A stretch of DNA of 64,000 nucleotides from the human T2T-CHM13v2.0 reference genome, Homo sapiens. The notes beneath the pieces were generated by a model that saw nothing but the letters and a program-made list of their open reading frames with translations, made no database searches and had not been told where the DNA came from. The stretch is from assembly GCF_009914755.1 (NCBI RefSeq), contig NC_060930.1. The stretch is one strand, 5' to 3'. This document shows, one piece after another, positions 14,719 to 30,103 of this stretch; position 1 is the stretch's first letter; every line of letters begins with the position of its first letter. The translations under genes were made by a program, and so were the position numbers.

Positions 14719-14959
14719 TGTCTAAATTTATCATGAGCAGAAAGGCAGGCACTTCAGGGAATGAGTTCATGGTTCCCTCTTAGAAGCCTCTGCTGGGGCT
14801 CCGGGCTGAAAAGCAGCCTGAGGATGGCCACTGTTTAGAGAGGGTGTCCTGAACAGGAGAAATCTCCTCTGAACCTGCCTGAGGCAGTTATGGTGAAGTA
14901 CAGGTGACCCAGGCGAACACACACAGCTTTTGAATTGCTGTCACGGGAGAGCAACTCTT

Positions 14960-15150
14960 CACTGAGGACCTACCCTACACTCCCTTTGAGCATATCTCAT
15001 CCTCCAAACAGTCCTGTGAGGTGTGTTTACTGTCATTCCCACTTTAACTTTGAGGACTCTGAGGCTCAGAGATACTGAGTAACTTCTGCAAGGTCACACA
15101 GCTCATCTATGGAGGAGTCAAGCCCAGAGCCGTCTCCCTTCCAGGTGGAT
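14960..15150 (-). mobile_element. MIR
   Basis: ctgaggctcagagatactgagtaacttctgcaaggtcacacagct. Confidence 0.7.
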
Positions 15151-15482
15151 GTTATTACTGCCCCCTCCCTGCACCCCGCCACAGCCCCCCAACCCCTACC
15201 CTCCATTGCCCTGTTGCCATCTGTTCTTCCTACATGCTTGGGTGGAGCACAGGTAACACACTTTCTTTGCACAACTCTTGACAACGCTTAAGAAGGGAAA
15301 AAAAGGTGTAGACAATAAAAGGGTGGGGTTGTGACTGTGCCACAGCCTGGTGCTGTGTTTATATGTAAGGATTGCTGTACAGATCATAAATAGAATAGTC
15401 AAGATGTGGGTCAGTCTTCTCTCTCTTGTTAGAAATCTAGAAGGGGAGCATGTGTGTTTGCCAGATCCTAGAGTTTGCTCAG

Positions 15483-16000
15483 TGAATTCATCAGGGTTCT
15501 GCAGAGAGAGAATCAACAGGATTACCTCCGTGATTATGGAGGCTGAGAAGTCCTGTGACAGGCTGTCTGTGAGCCGGACACCCCAGGATGCTGGTAGCAT
15601 GGCTCAGTCCAAGTCTGAAGGCCTCAGGACCAGGGCAGCTGATGGTGCAACTCTCAGGCCAAGGCCAAAGGCCTGAAAACCCAGGGGCCACTGGTGTAAA
15701 TGCTGGAGTCCAAAGGCTTGGGAGCCTGGAGTCCTTGTCCAATAACAGCAGAGGAAGAGTATAACTCAGTTCCAGCAGACAGATTGACCCATTCACCTTT
15801 TCTCTGATTTTGTTCTCTCTGGACTCCCAGCAGATAGAATAGTGCCCACTCACATTCACTGTGGCTCTTCCCCACCTAGTCCACTCAGACTCACATGCTA
15901 ATCTCCTCTGGAAACACCCTCACAGGCACACCCAAAATGAATGCTTTATCAGGTTTCCAAACATTCCTTAATCCAGCCAAGTTAATACCTAACCATCACA
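15483..16000 (-). mobile_element. MLT2 (ERVL) solo LTR
   Basis: Ends aaccatcaca (TGTGATGGTT start on minus); gattatggaggctgagaagtcc motif; flanked by CTCAG at 15478-15482 and 16001-16005. Confidence 0.8.
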
Positions 16001-16005
16001 CTCAG

Positions 16006-16370
16006 TGTCATTGTCTGTTCCGGCTACTGTAACAGAATACCATAGACTGGGTGGCTTAAACAACAAACATTTATTTCTCATAGTTCAGGAGGCTGGAAAG
16101 TCCAAGATCAAGGCACTGGAAAATCTGGTGTCTGGTGAAGTTTCACCTCCTAGTTCATAAGTGGCCATCTTCTCATTGTGTCCTCATATGGTAGAAAAGG
16201 GGCTGAAGAGTTCTCTGAGGTCCCTTTTATAAGGGCACTAATGTCATTCATGAGGTCTCCACCTCATGACTTAATTACCTCCCCAAAGTCCTACCTCCTA
16301 ATATCATTATATTGGGGGTTGGGATTTCAATACATGAATTTTGGGTGGATATGTCATTCAGTCTATAATA
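16006..16370 (-). mobile_element. MLT1A-type (MaLR) solo LTR
   Basis: ataccatagactgggtggctt...aagtccaagatcaaggc; ends cattcagtctataata; flanked by CTCAG and CTTAG. Confidence 0.85.
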
Positions 16371-16375
16371 CTTAG

Positions 16376-17074
<699 letters not shown>

Positions 17075-17439
17075 AATCACTTAGTATTTTTTAAAAAGGC
17101 ATAAGAAGATAAAGAATATCTTATTCCACTCCCTAAGCAAAACTGACCAAACCATTTGGATCTAATTAGAAACTCTCCATTCTATAGCATTAATCTATGG
17201 AAAGAAATGAAAAGGGAAAGGATTCATTCCTTGGACAAACCTTGATTTTACATTTTTAAAAGCTATAATTTCAAGTACTAAAAAGGCAGAGTGAAACTAT
17301 GATGTTTCACGTGGAAGAGAAGACAATTACCATCATGTTCTTCCCTGAGAAGGGCCCTTATCCAAAGGGTCTGGTGTGTTCAAACACCAACTGGCTAACT
17401 CTCCCCACAGCCCCTCAGTGCCCCTCAGTGGACAGTCAT

Positions 17440-17783
17440 CGCTAGGGTCCGAATGTCTGTGTCCCCCCAAAATCCATGTTGAAAACCCTATCTGCAATGT
17501 GGTGGTATTAAGACATGGGGCCTGTAGGAGGTGATAAGGTCATGAGGGTGGAGCCCTCAGGCATGGGATTAGTGCCCTTTAAAAGAGGCCCAAGGGAGCC
17601 TCCTGGCCCCTTCTACACATAGAAGGCACCATCTATAAGGAACAGGCCCTCACCAGACACCAGATCTGCTAGCACCTTGATCTTGGACTTCCCAACCTCC
17701 AGAACGGTGAGCAATACATTTCTGTTGTTCATGAATTACTTGGTTTAAGGTATTTTGTTATAGCAACCAGAACAGACTGAGAT
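17440..17783 (+). mobile_element. MLT1A-type solo LTR
   Basis: aatgtctgtgtcccccc...caccttgatcttggacttcc...ttttgttatagc. Confidence 0.85.
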
Positions 17784-18355
17784 AGCCACAGAGGAGTTGC
17801 TGCTAGGGCAGAGACAGGAAGAGAAGAAATGCTCAGGCTCCCAGTGTCGGGTCCTGCCACACCAGACCCACTCTAGTCCCACAGCCTGCAGTGAGCACCT
17901 GCCTTATTCCAGGCATATGCTTGGTGCTAGGCATGTAAATGGAAAGATTCTCAACATGTCTCTTTCAGAAGCAAAAACTGGTGATGCAAGCAGTTCCAAA
18001 CTGGCCACTAGACAAAGCTATAGAGTCCACCAGTTGCTTCTGTTCCACTGCTTTTGTGGGCTGCTTCCAGTCCAGAGAGGCTGCCCTGCAGGGCCCTGGA
18101 AGATACCAGAACTGACCACCACCCTCCTCCTCCACCTCCTGCCAAGCCCCTGGACCCTGCTCTGCTTTCCTAGTGACCCTTCCCTTTGGGTGAGCTCCTC
18201 TCTGGAACAGGGTCTTGTTCTGTCATCAGATTCAGTCAGGGGACCTCCTGAATAGAAGTCCTGGTAGCATGGAGTCTCAGAATGGAAGAGTTAGTTCTCA
18301 ATTTGTTTTTTCTTTCCAAGAGGTTCCTTGACTCCAGTGCAAATTAATTAATTAA

Positions 18356-18646
<291 letters not shown>

Positions 18647-19524
18647 CCCAGTACAAATTTATTAACCTCCTTCCCCTACTAAAGGAATACTGGGAACAGC
18701 AGGCTTTGTCAACCTACAAAAGGTTCTGTTAAGCAATGGATGCCTGTTCAACTGACACTTGCATACTTACTCAGGGAGCACTCTCAAGTTTTGGGAAAAG
18801 TTCAAGATGATCTGTTCCAAGATGACTGACTCTCTGTGGTCACCTGGACCCAAAGGTTTTGGCAGCTTTTCTTGTTAAAAAGTGATTAGGTTCTCTACAC
18901 TAGGCTCCCCATGACTTCCACCACAATAGTAGTAGCTAAGCTCGAGAGAACACTTGGTGAGCGCCTACAGGGTTCTGAGCACTTTGCATGCACTCACTCG
19001 TTTACTGTTGACAACACCTCTGTGAAGCAGGGACTATGAGATCAGCTACCTTTCATGGAGCATCTAATACATGCAAGGTGATTTTCACCGTCTGTATAAT
19101 GAAGTGGAGAAATTTACTCACCAGAATTCCAGAGCTTCTCTTCAAAAAACAGGTGAATAGAGTCCAGATTCTGCTTCCTATGAAGGCTGAACACAGCAGG
19201 GTGGGTCAGATGAGAGGGGGTGTTTGGAAAGGGATAAAGGGACAATGACAATGTAGCATGGGGCCAGCAGAGGAGGGGGAGGAGGCACAGCAGTGTGGCA
19301 GTGAGAGACTTTGTGGAACAGGGTGGCAGCGACAGTAGAAAGGACAGGGAGGAGCTTTAACATGCTTTGCTACGTGACCCATTACATTGTGCCCTTCAGG
19401 ACAATCTATCATAAAGTTTGACATTCTTCTTCAAGTTTTCTCTAGTTGGATTTACCCAGTTTAACTTTTGGATGTGTCCATGGACAGCTTTATTTAGTTC
19501 ACATTTTAAAATTAGGATGTTTAG

Positions 19525-20229
19525 TATAAAAAAACCCAGAAAATATCAAGTGTTAGAAAGGAGGTGGAGAAACTGGCACACTTGTGCACTGTTGGTGGGA
19601 ATGTAAAATGCTCCAGCTGCTATGGAAAACACAGTGACAGTTCCTCAGAAATTAAAACCAGAATTACCATAGGATCCAGCAATTTCACTTCTGAATATAT
19701 ATGTATATATACACCCCAAAGAAACGAAAGCAGAGGCTCAAACAGCTCTCTGTACACCTGTGTTCATAACAGCATTATTTGCAACAACCAAGAGGTAGAA
19801 ACAATCCAAGTGTTTATCAACAGATGAATGGATACACAAAATGTGTTCCATTCATACAATGGAATATTATTCAGCCTTAAAAGGGAAGGAAGTTCTGACA
19901 CTACAACATGAGTGAACCTTGACACATTGTGCTGAGTGAAATAAGCCACAAGGGACAAATACTGCACGATCCACTTATGTAAGGGACCTAAAGTAGTCAA
20001 ATTCACACAGACAGAAAGTAAACGGTGGTTGCCAGGGGCTGGGGAGGAGGGAAGTGGGGAGTTATTGTTCAGCAGGTACGGACTTTCAGTTTGCAAGATG
20101 AAAAGAGTTCTGGAGATGGATTGTGATAATGGTTATGCAACAATGGGAATGTGCTTAATCCCACTGAATTGTACAACTTAAAATGGTTAAGATGGTAAAT
20201 TTTCTGTGTATTTCACCACATTTAAAAAA
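19525..20229 (+). mobile_element. L1MB-type 3' end
   Basis: gttggtgggaatgtaaaat..., caatggaatattattcagccttaaaa, terminal aaaatggttaagatggtaaatttt. Confidence 0.85.
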
Positions 20230-21309
20230 CAACCCCAAGGCAGCTGTGCGAGATAGGTTTTATTACTTTTATTCCCCAGGTGAGGAAATCCAGGCACAGA
20301 GAAGTTAGGTGCCTTGCTAGGGCTACACAGCTGGGCGTCAAATCAGGAGCTGACTCCCTAAGAAAGCCACGCCTCTCTCCCGCACCAGGCATCACAGGAG
20401 CCACTCAGGGAGCAACGGAGGGCGCTGGCTGTCAGCTGATGCCACAGAGATTAATCTTGGGCGGGCCTAGCCTCTCCTTTCTGCGCGTTTCTCTCTCTAG
20501 ACTGCACTTCCTCCAACCCTGCATTTTCTAGGGTCCTTATTCCCTTCTCTGCCTTTCCCCATCAAAACATTCTCTCAGAGAAAAACCTGATCACACATTT
20601 ATACCTAAGTTACACGGTGTGAATTTAAGTCAACGCACTGCCTCTCTGAGGGGTGCTTGCATGTTAAGCCTCATCACCCTCTATGAAATGAAAGGCTTTG
20701 TTCCATATTAAAGGAATTTCAGGCATCAAGGAACAAGTGGGGAGAAATTGGTGGCAAGTGGGGCAATGATAACCCAGGAAAGGCATTAAATGGTGAAACT
20801 TTGGGCACACAGTTAGAAGGGAGATAGATTTTATGGACATGCTGATCTTTCAGAGCTCCTCAAAGATGTGAGGGGTGGGTTTGTGGGAGATGGGAGGGTG
20901 GACAGTTGATGCTCAAATCCTCCCTCTGAGCAAGCGTAGCTGCCTGATTTCCAGACTCCAGACACGTGTTTATCACTAGAACCGTGTGCATCCTAGAAAA
21001 GAGAATCCAGGGGTTGATTTCTTCAGCAGATCACTTCTCTGACAGTTCTCAATGCCACCTGTCTGCATTGTGAAATCCCAGTCCCAAGCAGCTGGGTGTG
21101 GTAGCTGGAGCTCTCTGTCCATAGAATCTGAACAATGATTCCTTTAGCGTCAAGAATGCATTCCACATACTCACTGGCAGACTGTGTTGTACAGAACCTA
21201 AGGCGAATCCTGTGGACATTGATGCCTGTCTTCCAGGTGCTTACAGAGTAAGACTGAATGTTCCCAAGGAGTAGAAAAGACACCATCCCAAAAGCATTCA
21301 GGCTAAGCG

Positions 21310-21725
21310 CCTGCATCTGAATCAGGCTTCCTGGTCTGAGTTCCTCGTTTTATCTCCTGCCAGCTGTGTGGCCACAGGGAAGTTTCTTAATTTCTTTGTA
21401 TCTCAGTTTCTTAATCTGCGTAATGGGGATAGTAATGTGTCTATTTCATGGGTAACAAAGGCTCCGAATGGACCGCTTCTGGATGCCTCCTTTATGAGAA
21501 GAAAACGTCTCCTTCCCACCAAGGGGGTGTATCCTCTCCCCCAGCACACAGCATCGTAAGTGGGGACCAGAGTAGATTTTAGCCCCACCAAGTCTGCTGT
21601 GCCTTCCTCAGCCAGGCACAACTGCACAACTGTACACAGCAGCCTGTAGGATAGTCATGAAGATCAGATCAAATGACCTACGTGCTGCGTCCAGCATTTG
21701 GCTCAATAAATATCAGCTACTATTA
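21310..21725 (+). mobile_element. MIR fragments
   Basis: cagctgtgtggccacagggaagtttcttaa...tctcagtttc; 3' gctcaataaatatcagctactatt. Confidence 0.6.
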
Positions 21726-21841
21726 TAATTGATATTAAATAAATGCATAACTCAATTACTATACCAAGAATCACTTATCAGTCAATACTGTAGGGGGAAA
21801 AAACTCAACAAAATAGTAGAGAATATGAAAATATTCATATG

Positions 21842-22150
21842 GGCTGGGCGCAGTGGCTCACGCCTGTAATTCCAGCACTTTGGGAGGCCAAGGCGGGCAG
21901 ATCACCTGAGGTCAGGAGTTCGGGACCAGCCTGGCCAACATGGCAAAACCCTGTCTCTACTAAAAATACAAAAATTAGCCAGGTGTGATGGTGGGTGCCT
22001 GTAATCCCAGCTACTCAGGAGGCTGAGGTAGGACAATCGCTTGAACCCAGGAGGTGGTTTTTGCCGAGATCACGCCACTGCACTCCAGCCTGGGTGACAG
22101 AGGAAGACTCTGTCTCAAAAAAAAAAAAAAAGAAAGAAAGAAAAAGAAAA
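21842..22150 (+). mobile_element. AluS
   Basis: TSD aaaata(t/c)tcatatg. Confidence 0.95.
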
Positions 22151-22597
22151 TACTCATATGTAGTAATGAGATGAATTTTTATGCTGACAATTGAATAAGG
22201 GAGTATTTTTGTACGATTGAGAGTGTACTACAAATCAGAGACCCCAACCACACATGAGGATCCAGTTGAGAAGAAAACAAAGGCAGCAGCACGTACCTCT
22301 GGAGGGCTGCTGCCTGCCCTACTCTGTGCTCTGTTCTGGGACAGACCCAGCACTGCGCCTCTCCCACCACATGAAAGCTCCAGGATAAGTAGAGCCGTTC
22401 TCACTCTCAAAGCCTGCTGCCTGGATACGCATACCCTCCTGGCAGGAGAAAAATTATGTATTCTATTAATTTAAAATATTTTTCCTTTCAACTCTGCCTG
22501 GTTGGCAGAATGCATATAGAAGTAAGAGTAAATGGGGATAGCAATTCTGTCTATAGAAAATATGTTCTTAGAATTGCATCTTAAAAACAATGAAGCT

Positions 22598-23407
<810 letters not shown>

Positions 23408-23489
23408 TCAAGGAACTGGACCAAGTTTGTTGCAGCTCAGCCCAGTTGGGGTTGTGGGTATCTATAGCAGAGGCTGAGAGTTGAACCTT

Positions 23490-23940
23490 CATATGTATTC
23501 TCTCCTTCTGCCATAGTAATAGCATTTTTAGTTGGGTAAGTGGCTTCCTAGAATGAAGGCTCCATTACCCAGCCTTCCCTGTAGGGTAAGTATGGCCACG
23601 TGGCCAAGTTCTGATCAATGAGACATGAGAAGTGATGTGTGCAACCTTCAAATCATGCCCTTCAAGCAAAGGGGCATGCCTTCCTCTCTCCTTCCCCTTT
23701 CTCGTTGGCTCGAATGTAGATGTAAAGGTGCCGGTGAGCTGTCGGGGACCACGTGGTTAGGAATAATATTCCATTGCATGTATGGACCACATTTTGTGTA
23801 TCTATTCATCTGTTGATAAACACTTGTATTTTTCTACCTCTTGGTTGTTGCAAATAATGCTGTTATACCCCAGAAATGATAGAGCAACAGGATAGGAGTC
23901 TGGGTCCCTGAAAACCCCAAAACCCACATCCCGGGTACAT
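23490..23940 (+). mobile_element. Old MLT1-like LTR interrupted by a 106-bp L1M-derived patch (23761-23866)
   Basis: ggccacgtggccaagttctgatcaatgagacatgagaag motif. Confidence 0.55.
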
Positions 23941-24381
23941 AATATCACACAAAACTCCTATTTGACTCTGACTTGCTTGTCTTATTGGGATTTTCCCACT
24001 AAGACGACATCTCCTCCCCTCCACTACCCACCACTATGGGTAGGAAATAGGTTTTTCTTGAAGATTGTGGGCATTTTTCTTATTAGTAATTTTGGGAAGA
24101 GCTTAACTACAGAAAAGATTTGAAGACAAAAACAGGCCTTGGACCAGAATGGGAGAGTGAGCTCTTCCTCTCTTGGGACCTCCTGGATAGGGCTGGGACT
24201 CGGGTAGAGGGCATGTCCTCTGTGGGGAGGTAGGCCAGTTAGTGAAGGAAGCCACAGGCTGGGACTCCCTGAAGATGGGCTGTTTCTAATTTGGGAGTGG
24301 ACAGGCACAGGGGAGCCTGCTTCCGACTGGCATCTGGGGCTGATGAGGAAACTGGAGCCGAGACCCTGACGCCATGGGACA

Positions 24382-24404
24382 CTCTCTCTCTCTCTCTCTC
24401 TCTG

Positions 24405-24440
<36 letters not shown>
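24382..24440. repeat. (CT)n-(CA)n compound microsatellite
   Basis: Read directly. Confidence 0.95.
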
Positions 24441-24445
<5 letters not shown>

Positions 24446-24542
24446 AACAGTGGAAATGTCAGTATCTGGGGAGCTTTCAGGCCCTTTGAGAGGGCTTAAT
24501 TTCTGGCAATCATCAGTGGGGCTCATGCCCTCACACTTTGAA

Positions 24543-24704
<162 letters not shown>

Positions 24705-24807
24705 ATACAGTTTGAATATTTTACAAGAAATACTACCTGGCATTTGGATGGGAGGCAAAGCTGTGCTAATAACCCCTGGGAAGTAGGTGGTGTTTGTCTC
24801 ACTCTCC

Positions 24808-25117
24808 TTTTCTTTCTTTTTTTTTGTTTTTTGTGGAGACAGAGTCTTGCTCTGTAACCCAGGCTGGAGTGCAGTGGCACGATCTCAGCTCACTGCAACC
24901 TCCGCCTCCTGGGTTCAAGTGATTCTCCTGTCTCAGCTTCCTGAGTAGCTGGGATTACAGGCACCTGCCACCACACCAGGCTAATTATTTTGTATTTTTA
25001 TTAGAGGCGGGATTTCACCATGTTGGTCAGACTGGTCTTGAGCTCCTGACCTCAGATGACCACCCGCCTTAGCCTCCCAAAGCACTGGGATTACAGGCGT
25101 GAGCCACAGCGCCTGGG
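24808..25117 (-). mobile_element. AluS
   Basis: Alu homology. Confidence 0.95.
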
Positions 25118-26326
25118 CAGGCTCCTTTTCATTCATCGATTCCCTTCAGCAGTTCCGGGCTCCCTTCCTGTAGGACACCATTCTCCCAAGATACCCTCTT
25201 GCAGAGGGGCTGCCTGCTCTGTCCAGCCTCCTCCAGGCCTCTGCCAGCAGGCCCTTTGCCCTCCTTGCCCTTGCCCTTTCCTGCCCCAGATCTGGCCAAC
25301 TCTCTGCCTTCCAAGTGCACACTGGCTGCACCACACCCTCCCCAGGCTCAGAGGCTGCAGGGTAGGAAACAGAAGCTTATGCAACTTACCCAAGGCCACA
25401 AGGCTACAGGTGGGGAGCTGGGATTTTAACCCAGGCAGGCTGACTCCAGGGTGTGGGCTCTTTGCCCTGAATCCTCCAGCCTTCAGGGCTCACCCTTCCT
25501 TTAACAAACAGATAAAATGTCTCAAGTCCATCTCCTACATCCTGTGGGAAGTCCAGCAGCCTCCCCTGCCTTTCTAAGGCATCTTGGGAGGTGGGGGTTG
25601 GTTATATTCTCCTGGTTACTACTATCTGAATTCTTCATCCCTTCAAGTCTTGTTGCCGCCAGCATCTGCTGTCCTCTCTCCCCTTCCCTCACCCAAGGCA
25701 TGAGCATTCTCCTTCTTCCTTCGTTCCCCCAAGCATACCTCAACCAAGCCAATCCCTGGAAATGTGTTCTTAAGGACTGGGGAGGTTTGGTAATAATAGA
25801 GGGTCACTATTCATAGCAGTGATCAGGAAAGGGCTGAAAATTCCAAATGAGGCCTCACTGTCCTGCAGGCCCACCCCTACATCCACAGGGATGGACAGGA
25901 GCACAAATGGAGACCTCAACCCTCACCTTCTCCCCCATTCTCTTCCCAAGAACAGCTCCATCCTGCACACGAAGGACGTCACATGTGAACTCTGTACTGC
26001 CTGCTTTGGGATCGGGTCATTCCCTGGTCCATGGCGTGGGAGAGGCTCCAGTGGATGTACCTCATTGGCCCCACGCAGTGGTGCTGGCTAGGACAGGCTC
26101 TTGGGCACCAACTCTGCGCATCTTCTAACTCCACTTTCAGGCACATCACAATGGTAGCTTGAAATCAGTGATGGTGGGAATATTTACACTATGGAAATTG
26201 GCAAACACTGTAAATCAGATTTTTATTTTCCTGGGGAGCTGTTTTGCCAGCACACCACTGTGCCATGGATGCCTCACCCCATGCACACGGGCACAGCCAG
26301 AGAAAGGCCAGATCAAAGCTCTCCAA

Positions 26327-26945
26327 GGCAGTGGTTCTTAGATTTTGCTGCATAATAGAATCGCCTGAGAGATCTAGCAATTGAGAAATCAGTGTTGTAA
26401 AGAGTTTCCCAGGGAATCGCAATGCACAGCCAAATTGCAGACCAATGCTCTAAAACATCTCTTCGCAAAATTTAGCATAAAGGCCGGGCGTGGTGGCACA
26501 CGCCTATAATCCCAGCACTTTGGGAGGCCAAGGCAGATGGATTGCTTGAGGTCAGGAGTTTGAGACCAGCCTGGCCAACATGGTGAAACCCCATCTCTAC
26601 TAGAATACAAAAATTAGCCAGGCATTGGTGGCAGGTGCCTGTAATCCCAGCTACTCCAAAGGCTGAGGCAGGAGAATCACTTGGATCCTAAAGGCGGAGG
26701 TTGCAGTGGGCTGAGATTGCGCTGCTGCACTCCAGCCTGGGGAACAGAGTGAGACTCCATCTCAAACAAAACAAACAAACAAACAAAAAATTTAGCGTAC
26801 ATATAAATTGCCAGGGGGTCTTTTAAATGACAGATTCTAGTTCAGTAAGTCTGGGTGGTGCCTGGGAGTCTGCATTGCTAAGAAGCTCTCAGGTGCTACT
26901 GATGCTGCTGGTCTCTGGATCATAATCTGAGTAACAAGGGTCTAA
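26327..26945. mobile_element. MER5-like DNA transposon interrupted by AluS (+, 26482-26790)
   Basis: cagtggttctta...; cagattctagttcagtaagtctgggtggtgcctgggagtctgcat; Alu TSD aaaatttagc(a/g)ta. Confidence 0.75.
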
Positions 26946-27314
<369 letters not shown>

Positions 27315-27991
27315 AGAGTTATCTTTCTTCTTAAACTCTGGCCTCAGCAATTTTTTTGGAGCAGAGTCTGGCCCCTTTTACCCTATTCTAGGTCATGGCA
27401 AACCGGTCTCCTTTGAAGCCTGAAGAAAATTCCCAAATTCTTGTCATCTCATTATGTAGATCCATTCTCCTTCCAGACAATGCCAGGCTGTGGGTATGGT
27501 GGAAAGAAGGCTCATCTTTCATAACCAAACAGGTGTTTTCTTAAACAAGCCCCTTTCCTTCTACTCCCCCCGCCCATCCGTCCTACACCTCTAGAATTCA
27601 GATGCACCACTACAATAATTTCTTTTTGTGTTGATTGTTTTCCTTTCCTGTTATATTGGTAAAGACTGGGGCTTAGTGTGGAGGGTCCTGATGCAAGTGT
27701 GAATGACCGGCAGCTCCAGGGCTACCTGCAGTGGCCCGTGTGGGGTGGGGACAAGGAGGGAGGACCTGCAATGAGGCGCCAGACTGGAGCAGCCTAGTGG
27801 TGAATCCCTCAGTCACACAAGCTAAGAGTTACCACCAGACTGTTGGCAAAAGAAGCAGAAGACACCTCAGAACTAAAACAATAGTGAATCTTTCATTGTT
27901 ATGTAAAAACGTAACTAAAGACTAATAAAATGATACCCAATTCTTCCTACAGAGTATTGGGCTCAGTCACCATCAACAAATCTTTTGGTTT

Positions 27992-28131
27992 GTATTTATT
28001 TATTTTCTATTTTTTAGAGGCAGGGTCTTTCTGTGTTGCCCAGGCTAGCCTTGAACTCTCAGGTTCAAGCAATTCTCCCACCTCGGCCTCCCAAAGTGCT
28101 GGGATTATAGGCATGAGCCACCACACCTGGC
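27992..28131 (-). mobile_element. FLAM / Alu monomer
   Basis: Single arm with T-rich tail; TSD aacaaatcttttg. Confidence 0.85.
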
Positions 28132-28971
28132 TAACAAATCTTTTGTTACTCGAAGTCTTGAGTTAAAGAAACCTCCTCTGTGTTGATACAGATGGATACC
28201 TGGAGAGAGGTGACCCTACCTGCTCTCAGAATCAAGGTTCTGATGCCCACATGGTCTTACTGAGGCTGGCAGCCCCTTGGCGTGATGCTGTCGCAGTGAG
28301 GGGTGGTTATGTCTGAGTAAGGCCATACTCCAAGGCCGGTCTCTGCTCTGCGTGGCTCAGGGCTGGCCTGCCTCAGGAGAGACTCGTTTGGGGATGTTGC
28401 TCATAGTGATGGGAAGTTAGATCTAATCTAAGCTGTCCTGGTGTCTCCCAGCTCCCTGAAACTCACAGTCTTCTGTTTCATGGGCCATGTGTTCTGCCAG
28501 AACTTGTCTCAGAGGGGGTGAGTTTTGGTTATGGGCCTGTTGGAACATTTACTAAGCAGGGATTTCCTGCCTGGCACATGGTCCTGGGGCTTCACTTCAG
28601 CTCAGCCAGTGGCTCCTGTGTGCCTGTGCAAAGGCACGGTACTCTCAGGACAATCTGGAAAGCCCCGAGTCCTCCCATTGTCTGGAATTGCCTTTTCCTT
28701 TCATAGCCACTCCAAGTCCCACCTCATTTCTGGTAGGATTTTTGAAGTGCCTCACAGCCACGGCACACTCTGACTACTGCTCTCACTGAATATGGGTGCT
28801 GCTCACCTCCCCGCCATTTGGAGAGTCCCTCCCCCACCTCCCTGTTGCTCCCATTCTTCCTATTTGCCCAAAGGGCCACTATCACAATTCTGTTCCACAT
28901 AACATTTTAGGAACAATGGAGGGGAATTACAGTTCAGGGCACATGAAGTAAATATTTAAAATGGACTATGA

Positions 28972-29098
28972 GGCCGGGCGCAGTGGCTCACACCTGTAAT
29001 CCCAGCACTTTGGGAGGCTGAGGCAGGCGGATCACCTGAGGTCAGGAGTTCGAGACCAGCCTAGCCAACATGGCGAAAACCCGTCCCTACTAAAAATA
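28972..29098 (+). mobile_element. AluS left monomer with perfect TSD
   Basis: TAAAATGGACTATGA at 28957-28971 and 29099-29113. Confidence 0.95.
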
Positions 29099-29499
29099 TA
29101 AAATGGACTATGAGACGTTCAAAGTTTCATTGACCATCTTTGCCATGGCGAATATCTCACGGTCATCTTAGGGTCCCTGGATGCCACGGTGCCACCTCTC
29201 TCCAGAAATTTCTCTCCCTCCTTTCACAGCTCTTGACCCATGTCTCAGTACCACGCAGAGAAGACAAGATTCTTGCAGCTTTATCAGACAGTGCCACCGA
29301 ATTCCTTTCCTTGGTAGCAATTATTTCCTTTCTGACCATTGCTGGTGATCTCAACCAATTATGTCCCATCAAGGTAATTCCATAAGCAGCTATCTACCAC
29401 TGAGATCAATACTATTCCCTAAATGCCAGAATAAGCCATCATTTTATGTTTTTGTAGTGATATTTTTCTTTGTTACATCATACATTTCAGGAATATTAA

Positions 29500-30103
29500 A
29501 AAATTAGGAAACAGTTTGGTGGTTTCTCAGAAAGTTAAACATAGAATTACCATATGATTCAGCAATTCAACCTCTGGGTATATCCCCAAAAGAATTTAAA
29601 GCAGGGGCTTGGACAGATATTTGTGCCGTGTATTTATAGCAGCATTGTTTGCAATAGCCAAAATGTGGCAACAACCCAAATATCCATCAGAGGATAGGTG
29701 GATAAACAGAATGTGGTCTATACATACAAGTGGGCCATCACTCAGCCTTAAAAAGGAAGTTAGTCTTGACACATGCTGCAACAAGGATGAACCTTGCAGA
29801 CATTATGCTAAGTAAATAAACTAGACACAAAAGGGCTGATATTGTATGATTCCAGTTATATGAAATACCTAGAGTAGTCAAACTCATAGAGACAGTAGAA
29901 CAGAGGCTACCAGGGGCTGGGAGAGAGAGAAATGGGGAGTTATTTGTTTAATGCATACGCAGTACTGTTCGGGATGAAAATGTTCTGGAGATGGAAGGCA
30001 GTGAAGGTTGCACAACAACGTGAATGTACTTAATGCCTGAATTGTACATTTGGAAATGGTTAAAATGGTAAATTTTATGTGTATTTTATCACAATGAAAA
30101 AAA
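29500..30103 (+). mobile_element. L1MB-type 3' end
   Basis: aaagttaaacatagaattaccatatgattcagcaattc...aaatggttaaaatggtaaattttatg. Confidence 0.85.

Noticed and set aside
17797-18255. 152-aa ORF
   Set aside because: Non-ATG start, no recognisable domain, partly overlaps degenerate repeat-like sequence.
25056-25577. 173-aa ORF
   Set aside because: Begins inside an Alu and runs through a MIR; low-complexity Pro/Leu/Cys content.
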